From the human T2T-CHM13v2.0 reference genome, Homo sapiens: a DNA stretch of 64,000 bases. The notes under the pieces are model-generated. The model had not been told where the DNA came from, did no database searches, and saw nothing but the letters and a program-made list of their open reading frames with translations. Positions 17,062 to 30,546 of this stretch are shown in pieces. Position numbers and translations under genes: made by a program. Each line of letters opens with the position of its first letter. Within the stretch, counting starts at the first letter, position 1. The DNA is taken from NCBI RefSeq assembly GCF_009914755.1, contig NC_060932.1; one strand, given 5' to 3'.

Positions 17062-17220
17062 TAAGGGGAGTTCTGAAGCTTGGATGAAACTTCATAGTTG
17101 TCCCAAAAAGACAGGGATCAGGCCTTTGTAAACCACATGGGTTCAAGTTCAAAAGGAAAGAAAGAAACTTCAGGTGAGCTTGAGAGACCCCAATTAACTG
17201 CAAGGTTCAACACATGACCC

Positions 17221-18130
<910 letters not shown>

Positions 18131-18630
18131 CTTAAAAGAAGAAAAGTTGTGGAGAAAGAGGAAGGGAGGAGACTGTGGTCATGGATGTGTTGGAGTTTAA
18201 GGTTTTAGAAGCAGAGACATTCCTCATGATGAAGGGGCTACTATGACCATGGGAGTAGGTTTCAGGGAGAAGAAAGTTGGAGTTCATTGCCATTGAGTTA
18301 AAGCATTAAGAGGCTAGGGTATTAGTTGTGTTGCCCATGCAGATATTAAATTTACTTAAGATGGTAGTAGATGCTAAGGTGGGAAGAAAGACTCAACCAG
18401 GTGTTAAAGTGCACAATGAATGTAGAAGTACAATGCTCACTTTTGTAGAATATTAATGAGAAAAGTAAAAGGAGGAGTAATAAAATGGCTGGAACCTAAA
18501 AAAATAAGTGATTTTGTATGAGGAGGTAAAAATAATGTCCTAATAAAATTATTAGGGAGCTGAGAGAATGCAAACACCACCACTAGTGTCCATATGAGAG
18601 AATGAGTGGCTTCCATTAAAAATAGTTCTA

Positions 18631-18970
<340 letters not shown>

Positions 18971-19311
18971 TTAGGGAAGAGACAGGATTCAAAAAGTCAT
19001 GGGAGTAGAGAGAAAATTCCAGAAAGATAATGTCCTCTTGGAGGTTATTTATAGTGAATATGGTATTTTCTCTTCTGTTTCATTGACTGTTTTTCTATTA
19101 TCGTATCATTAATATGCTGTTTAAATTATCATAGCTTTATAATAAAATTAAATTTCTGGTCTTTCAAGTACAATTTTGTTGTTCTTATCCTTCCCCTACC
19201 CTCAATTTCTTAGCTATTTTCACTTAATAAAATTATTTCACTGTTATTCTGATGAGAAATTGCATTAAACGTGTACTTTTACTTGGGTATAACTGACACC
19301 TTTATCCTTTG

Positions 19312-19762
19312 TTGTAGGTCAACTTCCCTGGGAAGCCTACTCAGAAGGAGATTTGTATAAGTAGATTTATTAGGAAGAATCCTTGGGATTAATATGTGGG
19401 AAGAAGGAGATGGGATTAGGCAGAGGAAGCGTTGAACTGTAATGAAGTCATAACAAAGCAGTTGATCCCATGGAGATAGAGTTCTAGTGCTAAAATGGAA
19501 CTTCATAGTTGCCCCAAACTGAGGCAAGGGGACCAGACCCTTGTAAAAACTTCCTTCCCCCCATTGACCAGTCTCACTAGAGGTGAACTACCCAGCAAGA
19601 AGAGGCCTTAAGCTTAAGAGAGGTGGCTTTCATTGAGGGAGATTCCTGGAGAACAAACGAGCTATAAGCCATTGGCAGCCAACACTCTCAGCAGCAAAGG
19701 GAATGATGCCTTGGTCTCGTTCCAAGTGGGGAATCTCAGTAGCACATCACAGCATCCACTAC
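19312..19762 (-). mobile_element. LTR16-like ERVL LTR
   Basis: TTCCCTGGGAAGC..TTTATT..CCTTGGGATT...CAGCATCCACTACA. Confidence 0.6.
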
Positions 19763-19856
19763 ACCCATTTAAGTCTCTTCATGAGTGTATTGCGTCTCTT
19801 GTTCATTCAAATCTGTTTTTTTCTGAAGATTTTCAAAGATTCAAATGGTTACAAAA

Positions 19857-20622
19857 GCAGTCTCCTGATGGGTTCCTCTTTCCCACTGAACAGACAAAAC
19901 CAATTCACTAAGACTGTGGTATTGCAGTACAGAAGAAGTGTAATTAAAGCAAAGCCAGCCAAGTAGAAGGACAGAAATTTTATTATTACTCAAATCAGCC
20001 TCCCAGAGGACTCAGAGGCTAGGGTATTTATGGATAATTTGGTGGGCAGAGGGCTAGGGAATGAGTGCCACTAACTGGCTGGGGATGAAATCATAGCGGG
20101 GCTGAAAAGGGTCCCTGTGCACTGATTCTGCCTCTGGATGGAGGCCTTGGGACCAGCTGAGTCATGATTCACAGGTCCAGGTGGGGCCAGTTGGTTACCA
20201 GAAACCAAAAGTCTGAAAAACATCTCAAAAGACCAATCTTAGGTTCTACAATACTGATGTTACCTAGAAGAGCACTTTGGGAAGTCACAAATCTTGTGAC
20301 CTCTAGCCACACGACTCCTTAGCAGTAAGGGATTATAGACACTATGCCTACATTTTAGCAGAATTCAGCTCCCCAGTAATCCTAATCTTGTGGTCTTTCG
20401 TTAGTTTTATAAAGGCAGCTTCAGTCCCTGAGCAAGGAGGGGGTTAGTTTTAGGGAGAGACTGTTATCATTATTGCCTTCAAGTTAAACTGTAAACTAAA
20501 TTCCTCCCATGATTAGCTTGGCCTATAACCAGGAATGACCAGGGACAGCCAGCCTGTGCAGCCAGAAGCAAGATGGAATCAGTCATCTTCTCACTGCCAT
20601 AGTTTTTGCAAAGGTGGTTTCA
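19857..20622 (-). mobile_element. LTR8A/LTR8B-like ERV1 solo LTR
   Basis: CAGACAAAACCAATTCACT..TTATTACTCAAATCAG...TTTTGCAAAGGTGGTTTCA. Confidence 0.8.
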
Positions 20623-20799
20623 CAAAGACTTACATAGGCTTTTCCAGACAATCTCTATCACACTGCTTATTAAATTTATTATAGATTGTTTTGTATGTTG
20701 TATAGGCGTGGTGAATAAGACATTTTTTCCTTTATATGTTCTAACTGGTTATTCCTAGTGTGTAAAAACAGTATATAGGTTACTATGTTCATTTATTTG

Positions 20800-21530
20800 T
20801 TTATTTACCTTTTTAGCTTTAGTGAGGTATAATTGACATACAATCAGCTGCACATATTTAAAGCATGTACTTGGATGAATTTTGACATATATATATATTT
20901 ATAAGAATATCACCACAATCAAAATAACCAACATATTCATCATCCCCAAAAACTTTCTTATGTCTCTTTGTCATCCATCTCTCTCTGGCACCAGCCCCTG
21001 ACCCAAGGTAACCATTAATTCACCTTCTGGCCAATTAGTTTACATTTTCTAGGACTTTTTTAGTGATGGAATCATACAGTATGTATGATTTTTTTGTCAG
21101 TCTTTTTGTCTGTCTTCTCAGCATAATTATTTTGAGATTCATCCATGTTGCTTCATGTAGCAGGAGTTCATTCCTTTTTATTGCTGTGTAGTATCATGTG
21201 AGTATCATAGCATATCCACTTACCTGCTGATGGACATTTGCTTGTTGTTTCCAGTTTTAGGCAATTACAAATAAAGATGACATTAATATTCCTGTACAAG
21301 TCTTTGTGTAGACATGTGATTTCTTTTTTCTTGGGGAAATACCTACAAGTGGAATGTCTAGGTCATATGAGAGGAATGTGTTTAATGTTTCAAATGTTTT
21401 CAAAACAATTGCATCATTTTACATTCCTACCAGCAGTACAGAGTTCCAGTTCTTCCATATCCTCTGCCAATGTTGAGTGTGGTGAAACTTTTAAATTTTA
21501 GCCATTCTAGTGAATACTGCATTAGTATAC
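20800..21530 (-). mobile_element. Old L1M 3' region (continues the L1 at 9980-10041 in reverse)
   Basis: TTTTAGCCATTCTAGTG, ACATTCCTACCAGCAGT, GAGATTCATCCATGTTG, GAGGTATAATTGACATACA. Confidence 0.85.
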
Positions 21531-24199
21531 TATATTAGTCCATTTTCATGCTGCTGATAAAGACACACTCAAGACTGGAAAGAAAAAGAGGTTTAACAGA
21601 GTTACAGTTCCACAAGGCTGTGGAGGCCTCATGATCATGGCAAAAGGCAAAGAGGAGCAAGTCACATCTTACATGGATGGTGGCGGGCAAAGAGAGAGCT
21701 TGTGCAGGGCAACTCCCATTTTTAAAACCATCAGTTCTCGTGAGACTCATTCACTATCACAAGAAAAGCACAGGAAAGACCTGCCCCCATAATTCAATCA
21801 CCTCCCATCAGGCTCCTCCCATGACATGTGGGAATTGTGGGAGTTATAATTCAGGATGAGATTTGGGTGGGGACACAGCCAAACCATATCATTCCACCCG
21901 TGGCCCCACCCAAATCTCATGTCCTCACATTTCAAAACTAATCATGCCTTCCCGACAGTCCCCCAAAGTCTTAACTCATTTTAGCATTAACTCAAAAGTC
22001 CACAGTCCAACCCCTCATCTGAGACAAGGCAAGTCCCTTCCACCTATAAGCCTGTGTACTAGTCCATTTTCATGCTGCTGATAAAGACATACCCAAGACT
22101 GGGAAGAAAAAGAGGTTTAATTGGACTTACAGTTCCACATGGCTGGGGAGGCCTCAGAATCATGGCAGGAGGCAAAAGGCACTTCTTACATGGTGGCAAC
22201 AAGAGAAAATGAGGAAGATGCGGAAGCAGAAACCCTGGATAAAACCATCAGATTTCATGAAACTTCTTCACTACCTTGAGAACAGTATCGGGAAAACCGC
22301 TCCCATGATTCAAACTATCTCCTACCATGTCCCTCCCACATGTGGGAATTATGGAAATACAATTCAAGATATTTGTGTGGGGACACAGCCAAGCCATATC
22401 AGCCTGTAAAATCAAAAGCAAGTTAGTTACTTCCTAGATATAATGGGGGTACAGGCATTAGGTAAGTACAGCTGTTCCAAAGGAGAGAAATTGGTGAAAA
22501 CAAAGGGACTACAGGCCCCATGCAAGTCTGAAATCCAGTAGGGCAGTCAAATCTTGAAGCTCCAAAATTATCTCCTTTGACTCCAGGCCTTGCATTCGAG
22601 TCACACAGATGCAAGAGGCGGGTTCCCATGGTCTTGGGCAGCTCTGCCCCTGTAGCTCTGCAGACTACAGCATCCCTCCCAGCTGTTTTCACAAGATGGT
22701 GTTGAGTGTCTGCAGCTTTTCCTGCAGCTGCAGCCTTTCCTGGCACACAGTGCAAGCTGTCAGTGGATCTATCATTCTGGGGACTGGAAGACCATGGCCC
22801 TCTTCTCATAGCTCCACTAGGCCATGCCCCATTAGGGACTCTGTGTGGGGGCTCCGACCCCACATTTCCTTCTGCACTGCCCTAGCAGAGGTTCTCCATG
22901 AGAGCCCCACCCCTATAGCAGACTTCTGCCTGGACATCCAGGTGTTTCCATACATCCTCTGAAATCTAGGCAGTGGTTCCCAAACCTCAATTCTTGACTT
23001 CTGTGAACCCACAGTCTCAACATCACGTACAAGCTGCCAAGGCTTGAGGCTTGCAACCTCTGAAGCTGTGGCCTAAGCTGTACCTCAGCCATTTTTAGTA
23101 ACAGCTGGAGTGGCTGGGATGCAGGGCACCAAGTACCTAGACTGCACACAGCACGGGAACCCTGAGCCTGACCCACAAAACAATATTTTCCTCCTAGGCC
23201 TCTGGGCCTGTGATGGGAGGGGCTGCCATGAAGACCTGTGACACTGGAGACATTTTCCCCATTGTCTTGTCTTAACATTCAGCTCCTCATTACTTTTGCA
23301 AATTTATGCAGCCAGCTTGAATTTCTCCTCAGAAAATGGGATTTTCTTTTCTATCACATTGTCGAGCTGCAAATTTTCCAAACATTTATGCTCTGTTTCT
23401 CTTTTAAAACTGATTGCTCTTAGAGCACCCAAGTCATCTTTTGAATGCTTTGCTGCTTAGAAATTTCTTCCACCAGATACCCTAAATCATCTTTCTCAAA
23501 TTTAAAGTTCCACAAATCTCTAGGGCAGGGGCAAAATTCTGCCAGTCTCTTGGTTAAAACATAACAAGAGTCACCTTTGCTCCAGTTCTCAACAAGTTCT
23601 TCATCTCCATCTGAGACCATCTCAGCCTGGACCTTATCATTCATATTACTGTCAGCATTTTTGTCAAAGCCATTCAACAAGTCTCTTAGAAGTTCCAAAC
23701 TTTCCCACATTTTCTTGTCTTCTTCTGAGCCCTCTAAACTGTTCCAACCTCTGCCTGTTACCCAGTTCCAAAGTTGCTTCCACATTTTTGGGTATCTTTC
23801 AGCAGTGCCCTACTCAATTGGTACCAGTTTACTGTATTAGTCCGTTTTCATGCTGCTGATAAAGACATACTCTAGACTGGAAAGAAAAAGAGGTTTAATG
23901 GACTTACATTCCACATGGGCTGGAGAGGTCTCACAATCACGGCAGAAGGCAAGGAGAAGGAAGTCACATCTTACACGGATGGTGCCAGGCAAAGAGAGAG
24001 CTTGAGCTTGTGCAGGGAAACTCCCATTTTTAAAACCATGAGATCTCGTGAGACTCATTCACTACCATGAGAACAGTGCAGTAAAGACCCTATCCCATAA
24101 TTAAATCACCTCCCACTGGGTTCCTCCCACAACACATGGGAATTGTGGGAGTCACAATTCAAGATGAGATTTGCATGGTGACACAGCCAAACCATATCA
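21531..24199 (-). mobile_element. Full-length THE1B-like MaLR provirus (3' LTR 21531-21891, internal region, 5' LTR 23833-24199)
   Basis: Two homologous LTRs, polypurine tract next to the 3' LTR, THE1-int start GTAAACTGGTACC (reverse), MaLR ORF remnant 23420-23785. Confidence 0.92.
22055..22401 (-). mobile_element. THE1A-like solo LTR nested in the THE1 internal region
   Basis: Perfect TSD GCCTG (22050-22054/22402-22406); central segment differs from the outer LTRs. Confidence 0.9.
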
Positions 24200-24462
24200 C
24201 CTACCCTACTTAAACATGCTCAGAACACTTTCAGTATCCAAAAAATTACATGAGATAGTCAACACTTTATTATAAAATAGGCTTTGTGTTAGATGATTTG
24301 GCTCAGCATCACAAGAGAGTATCATTCTGTATATCACTTGCCTGGGAAAAGACCAAAATTCAAAATTCAAAAAGTGCGGTTTCTACTGAATGTGCCTCGT
24401 TTTTGCACCATCGTAGAGTAAAAAAATTGTAAATTGAACCATTGTAAGTTGAGGACTGTCTG
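24200..24462 (+). mobile_element. MER47 (Tigger5) 3' fragment
   Basis: CCTAC..TTAAACATGCTCAGAACACTT...GAACCATTGTAAGTTGAGGACTGTCTG. Confidence 0.8.
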
Positions 24463-24872
24463 TGTATATGCTAGGTCAAGACTGGAAGTGAACTAAAATG
24501 AAAGTAGTTGCTTTAGGTGAGTGAGTTTATAGCTGATTTTTTTCTCTTCTTCTTTCTTTTCCCTTCCCCTTCCTATCCTGAAACAATTTAGCCCTAAAGC
24601 CATTAGGAGGGGCAGAGTAAGGTAGGTGGGACAAGGGGGTGTGGGGATGGGGGCACCAGAGCAGAATTGAGAGCCCAGCAGGCAAGAAGTGCATGCATGT
24701 TTGGCACAGGGTGCCTAAAAGGAAAGAAAAAACAATTCAGTTTTTCTCTATCCTCAACACTTCTGACAACAAATATATGGGTTTTTTCCATGCCAAGCAG
24801 TTCTCCAATTTTCAGCAAAGACACCAACTGAGTGTCCTTCAATTTTGACACTAATTTTCTGGAGTTAACATC

Positions 24873-25882
24873 TGCTGTGGTTTATTCATCCCCACCAAAT
24901 CTCACATTGAAATTTGATCCCAAATATGGTGGTGTTTGGTATATTAGGAGATGTTTGGTTCGTCCTCATAAATAGATCATAGCCTTTCCTGGGGGTGGGG
25001 AGTGGGTGAGTTTTCACTCTGTTAGTTCTGTGAAAGCTGGTTGTTAAAGAGAGCCTGGCACCTTCTGCCTCTCTCCTGCTTCCTCTCTCACCATGTGATC
25101 TCTGCACACGCCGGCTCCCCTTCAACTTCTCTGTGAGTGGAAGCAGCCGAAGGCCCTCACCAGATGTAGATGCCTAACCTCCAGAAAAGACTGAGGCAAG
25201 TATCAATCAATTTAGAGGTTTATTTTACCAAAGTTGAGGATGTACCTGGGTTGTAGGGGAAGGGGGCAGTGACCACAAGTCACAGGAGCACCTGTGACCT
25301 GTGACTTTTCTGAGAGAGTTTTGAGGACTTCAATATTTAAAAGGGAAAGAGCAACCAAGAGGTGAAGGAGGAAAGAAATAAAGGAGGGAAGGTAGGCAAT
25401 GAGGCAGGTACATTCTGGGGAGGCTTTGATTAGTGCTCACTGAATCTACATTTTACATGTGAAAAGTGGAGGTAGAGGAGCAGTCAATTATGCATTCATC
25501 TCATGCTCAGTAAATCTACATTTTACATAAGATAAACAGAGTAGAGGAACAGTCAATTATGCATTCATCTCATGCTCAGTAAATCTACATTTTACATAAG
25601 ATAAACATAAAGTAGAGGAAGCAGTCAATTATGCATTTGTCGTGGGGTGGGTGGAGGGATGGCTCCGGTCTTGTCCTTGTCCGATACCTGTGAATATAAG
25701 CTATTAATTTGTATTGTCAGGATGAAATTCAACAGACCTCTGTTTTAGGATTAGTTAACTGAAAGATTTGAGGGCCCACAAGGAATTTCCTTGAAAGCAA
25801 TTTGTGAAAGCACTACCTGGGGAGATACATGGCCTTTGATCACTGCAGCTAGATAGATGGTTTAGGAACAAACAGAAAGGCA

Positions 25883-25913
<31 letters not shown>

Positions 25914-26022
25914 GTTTTTTGCATAACTCAGTTTCCAAGCTTAACTGTCCCTTTGGCATAGTGAGTTGGGGTTCCAACATCGTGTTTTTCATTCACAATG
26001 GCAACACAAAATAGACTAAGAC
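24873..26022 (+). mobile_element. MST-family (MSTB2/C/D-like) LTR, interrupted
   Basis: TGCTGTGGTTT..CCCCACCAAATCTCAC; 3' end GCAACACAAAATAGACTAAGACA; TSD ACATC/GCATC. Confidence 0.8.
25181..25997 (-). mobile_element. MER4-family ERV1 LTR with internal ~70-bp tandem repeat
   Basis: TCAATCAATTTAGAGGTTTATTTT...TTTTCATTCACA. Confidence 0.75.
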
Positions 26023-26308
26023 AGCATCAAACCCTGCAAGTTAAAGGGCTCAGTCCCACAAGACTGCTCCCACTTCAGATGCTAGTCACAGGTCCCAGGT
26101 TAACACCTGCAATTCTGGCTGAGTTGGCTGCATAATGGGAGTTCCCATGACCCCCTCCTCTGGTTTGATAATTTGCTATAAAAGCACACAGAATTCAAGG
26201 AAATGTTTTGGTAACTATTACCAGTTTATTCTAAAGGTTATGGTTCAGCAACAGCCAAATAATTATCTAAGGCAATGTCCTTGTTTGTAGGAAATGTCCA
26301 CTTAAATA

Positions 26309-26912
26309 CAGTAGTCCCCCTTTACCTTGGTTTCACTTTCCATGGTTTCAGTTACCCATGGTCAACAGCAGTCAGAAAATATTAAATGGAAAATTCCAGA
26401 AATAAACAATTTGTAAGTTTTAAATAGCACACCATCATAAGTAGCATGATGAAATCTTGCGCCATGCAGCTCCATCTTCCTCAGGATGTGAATCTCCCCT
26501 TTGTCCAGCAAATCCACACTATAGGTGTGCCCCATCTATGAGTCTCTTAGGAGCCACCTTGGTTATCAACTGTCACAGTACCCCATTGCTCAGTTTCAGG
26601 TCACCTTTGTACTTAATAATGTCCCCAAAGCACAAGAGTAGTGATGCTGACAGTTTGGATATGCCAAAGAGAAGCCATAAAACTGCTTCCTTTCCATGAA
26701 AAAGTGAAAATTTCTTGACTTAATAAGGAAACAAAAAATTATATGCTGAAGTTGCTAAGATCTATGGTAAAAACATATCTTCTATCCATGAAATTGGGAA
26801 GAAGGAAAAAGAAATTCGTGCATAGTATACATAGGATTTAGTGCTTTCTGTGATTTCAGGCATCCACTGGGGGTCTTGGAACACCTCTTCTGCAGATAAA
26901 GAGGGAATACTG
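26309..26912 (+). mobile_element. MER44 (Tigger7) DNA transposon relic
   Basis: TA|CAGTAGTCCCCCTTTA...GATAAAGAGGGAATACTG|TA terminal inverted repeats with TA TSD. Confidence 0.88.
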
Positions 26913-26915
26913 TAC

Positions 26916-27300
26916 TGTATTAGTTAGCTTGGGCTGCTGTAACAAAATATCACAGACTGGGTCACTTAAACAACAGAAATGTATCTTCTTAAGTTATGAA
27001 GTCTAGAAGTCCAAGATCAAGTTTCTGGCAGGGTTGGTTTCTCCTAAGGCCTTTCTTCTTGGCTTGCAGATGGCTGTCTTCTCCCTGTGTCTTCTCATCA
27101 TCTTCCTTCCGTATGTGTCTATGTCCTAATCTCCTCTTCTTACAAGGATACCAGCACGTTGGATTAGGGCCCACCCTAATGGCCTCATTTTAACTTAATT
27201 GCCTTTTTAAAGACCCAATCTACAAATACAGTCATACTGTGAAATACTGAGGGTTAGGGCTTCAACATATGAATTTTGGAGGGACATAGTTGAGCCCACA
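26916..27300 (-). mobile_element. MLT1B/C-like LTR
   Basis: TGTATTAGTT..GGGCTGCTGTAACAAAAT..GGATTAGGGCCCACCCTAATG. Confidence 0.85.
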
Positions 27301-28299
27301 GGTATCAAAAGGCTGATGAAGCATTATGTCAGCAATTCACTCTCAAATGGTTCAGGAAAAATTAATTATTTGTACTTTATTTTCAACTTCTCTGTAAGCT
27401 TGCTTTGGATTAAAACAACGAAAAAAAAATGTGCTTAAATGTTGTTCCTGTATTCTTTCTATAATACTCTAAGGCAAAATGAAGGCAAGAGAGTAATCAC
27501 GTTTTATAAAAATGCAAATGGAAAAGTGTTAATTCTATCTGAAACATGATAAAGCTCTGTTATTTAAAAAATGCTCTTCAGTAGCATACTTCATGCCTTG
27601 GAGATGCCGGATGTATGACATATGGAGTAATAGATATGCTTTAATGCCACATAACACAATCACAATGGACTCATCTATTTCAGGTCTCTGCTGGATTTCC
27701 CTCACACAGTTGAGCTCAGGCATTTTGCAGGATCAATGTGTTTATTTCTAAAGTGGCATCTTCCATCATTTTACAGCTCCTTCAACAGGCTACCAGCTGT
27801 GTGAGCCTCCCACATAACCATGAAGTATATTAACTAGCAACAGAAGGAAGAGGATAGGAAAAGGAGGTAGAAGGGAGAGTTCAATTTCATGTCACTGGTT
27901 TTTGCCAAATTATAACATTATACCATATGGTGTATGTATGATAGTGTTGGATCTGGAAAAAGCAGGTGGAGTTAAAAACAGAGGAAGATGGGACAGGATG
28001 GAAATCAAAGAGTAGCACATGCATAAAGGGATCACAGCAAAATGAAACTCGCTGGTGAATAGCAAGATTAGATGCAAAACCACCAACCCCTTCTCACGCC
28101 TTGTCAATAGCCTCCTTTCCTATGTCCCCAAATGCACCACCTTCACAGTCAAAGTCCCTGATGCTCACTTACACACTGTAATCTCACGTGCTGCAGCAAC
28201 ATTCCCTAGTCAAAAGTATTTTCCTTAAAGACCTCTTGCTCAAAGTATAAAATTCCACTGTAAAAGAGGTAAGTAAATGACTGAGGAAATCACTGTGTT

Positions 28300-28595
28300 G
28301 GCCAGGTGTGGTGGCTCATGCCTGTAATCCTAGCACTTGAGGAGGCCAAGGCAGGAGGATTGCTTGAAGCCAGGAGTTAGAGACCAGCCTGGGCAACATG
28401 GCGAGACCCTGTCTCTACCAAAAAAATTGTTTTAAATTAGCTGGGTTTGGTGGTGCATGCCTGCAGTCCCAGCTAATCAGGGGCTGAAGTGGAAGGATTG
28501 CTTGAGACTAGGAGGTCAAGGCTGCGGTGAGCCATAAATGCACTGCACTCCAGCCTGGGCATCTCAATCAATCAATCAATCAATCAATCACTCAA
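28300..28595 (+). mobile_element. AluJ with (TCAA)n tail
   Basis: Dimeric Alu. Confidence 0.88.
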
Positions 28596-28649
28596 TAATT
28601 TAAAATGGTGTAAATATAATAAGAAAAAGTAGGGAATTAAGACTTCCAT

Positions 28650-28935
28650 GGCTACAAAAATACAATTAGATGGAAGAAATAAGATCTAGTGTTCAGTAGC
28701 AAAATGGGGTGACTACAGTTAAAAAAATTTATTGTATTTTTCAAAATAACCAGAAAAGTGGAATTGGAATGTTTCTAACACACACACACACAAAGATAAA
28801 TGCTTGAGGTGATGGGTTATCCCTATTACCCAAATTTGCTCATTACACATTGTATGTTTACATCAAAATCTCACATGCACTTCCATAAATATGGACAACT
28901 ATTATGTACCATAAATATTTTTTTAAAAAATTTAA
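28650..28935 (+). mobile_element. L1MA 3' end
   Basis: AATAAGATCTAGTGTTC..AAATGCTTGAGGTGATGG..CATTACACATTGTATG. Confidence 0.8.
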
Positions 28936-29239
28936 AGAGACTTCTGCTGCCAAGTCATCTTAGTGTGAAGAAGTTTATGAGCACAATCTCTGCAGGATAG
29001 TTGCCTGAAGTCAGGTCTGAGAGAAGATCAAATCACATTTAGTAAGAGCCGAGACTAGTTCCAGCATCCACTCTGGACAAATGCCTCTACTCTCCTGGGA
29101 ACGGAGAAGAGTGATGCTTCTCCTCTTCCCTGCACCCACCAATGATCAGGGAGGCTGCATCAGGCAACATTCTGCAAGCATCATCTGCCTTTTCCAGGTC
29201 TTCATTTATTCTCTTTTATGCTTCATCATGACCCGTCCC

Positions 29240-29532
29240 ACTCCAATTCCTAACTCAATTAAGATTTCATCTGTCCTTTAAGATTCAACTAAAATGTCAC
29301 TCATGCTATGAATTCTTTTCCCATCCTCCCCCCTGCTTTCCTACTTTTTTTTTTTTTAAAAAAATAAACCTTTTAGCATCTGATTTCAGCATTCAGTTGT
29401 ATACTTGTCAATTCTCTCATCAGACTATAAACTGCTTTAGGGCATGAACAATGTCCTACTCCTTATCCCATACCCAGTTCCTGCTGCACTGCCTGGAACA
29501 TGCAAGCATTTAATAAATATTTGTTGAATTAA
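29240..29532 (+). mobile_element. L2 3' end
   Basis: GCCTGGAACATG..AATAAATATTTGTTGAAT. Confidence 0.65.
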
Positions 29533-30170
29533 ATAGACTCAGAGTTAATGAGACTTTTGATTTTCCAGGGCTTTATTTACACATTCTTTTCCCACTACAG
29601 TATAGGAAGGCATTGAACCAAACATCCATGGGAACAAGTCTCTTCATGCAGTTAAACAAGTTTCAAAAACATTAATTAAAAAGCATTTTCCCATTAACAG
29701 GAAAGAACAGATCCAAAGGCAGTAACTCCATCCTCACATCCCTAGTTCATTAAAATGCATATGTGTTTGTGCCACGGATTTGAAAATAAACTTGAAAATC
29801 AGTTCCCCTTAGCTTTGTGAGCTCTGAATTACATTTCCTTCCCCATTTGCTTAACATCAATGACACACAGAACAATGCCGGGAAAGGGCTCTGGATGTTA
29901 TCAGCGGCTGCAGGGGAACCAACCTAGGAGCCTGAACTGGGGGCCTGGCCAGAACAGAAAGTACATTTTAAAGGACTGAATCTATCACTCTTATTTGTTG
30001 TTTGAACCAGGCTCTGAAAGGTATGATTCTAGATTACAGAGATTTTTTTCAAACCAATGCACTAGAATTTACAATAATCTAATGTTCTCCCCTCTGAAGT
30101 CCACATGCTTATTCTATGTTGCTCACAATGGTTTGACATTTCTCTGTGGGTTTGCTTCCTATTCGTGTCA

Positions 30171-30546
<376 letters not shown>

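Larger units (their letters stand above)
24718..26260 (-). mobile_element. MER21-like LTR hosting nested LTRs
   Basis: CAACACTTCTGACAAC..GACACCAACTGAGTGTCC; resumes AGGGCTCAGTCCCACAAGACTGC. Confidence 0.75.
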
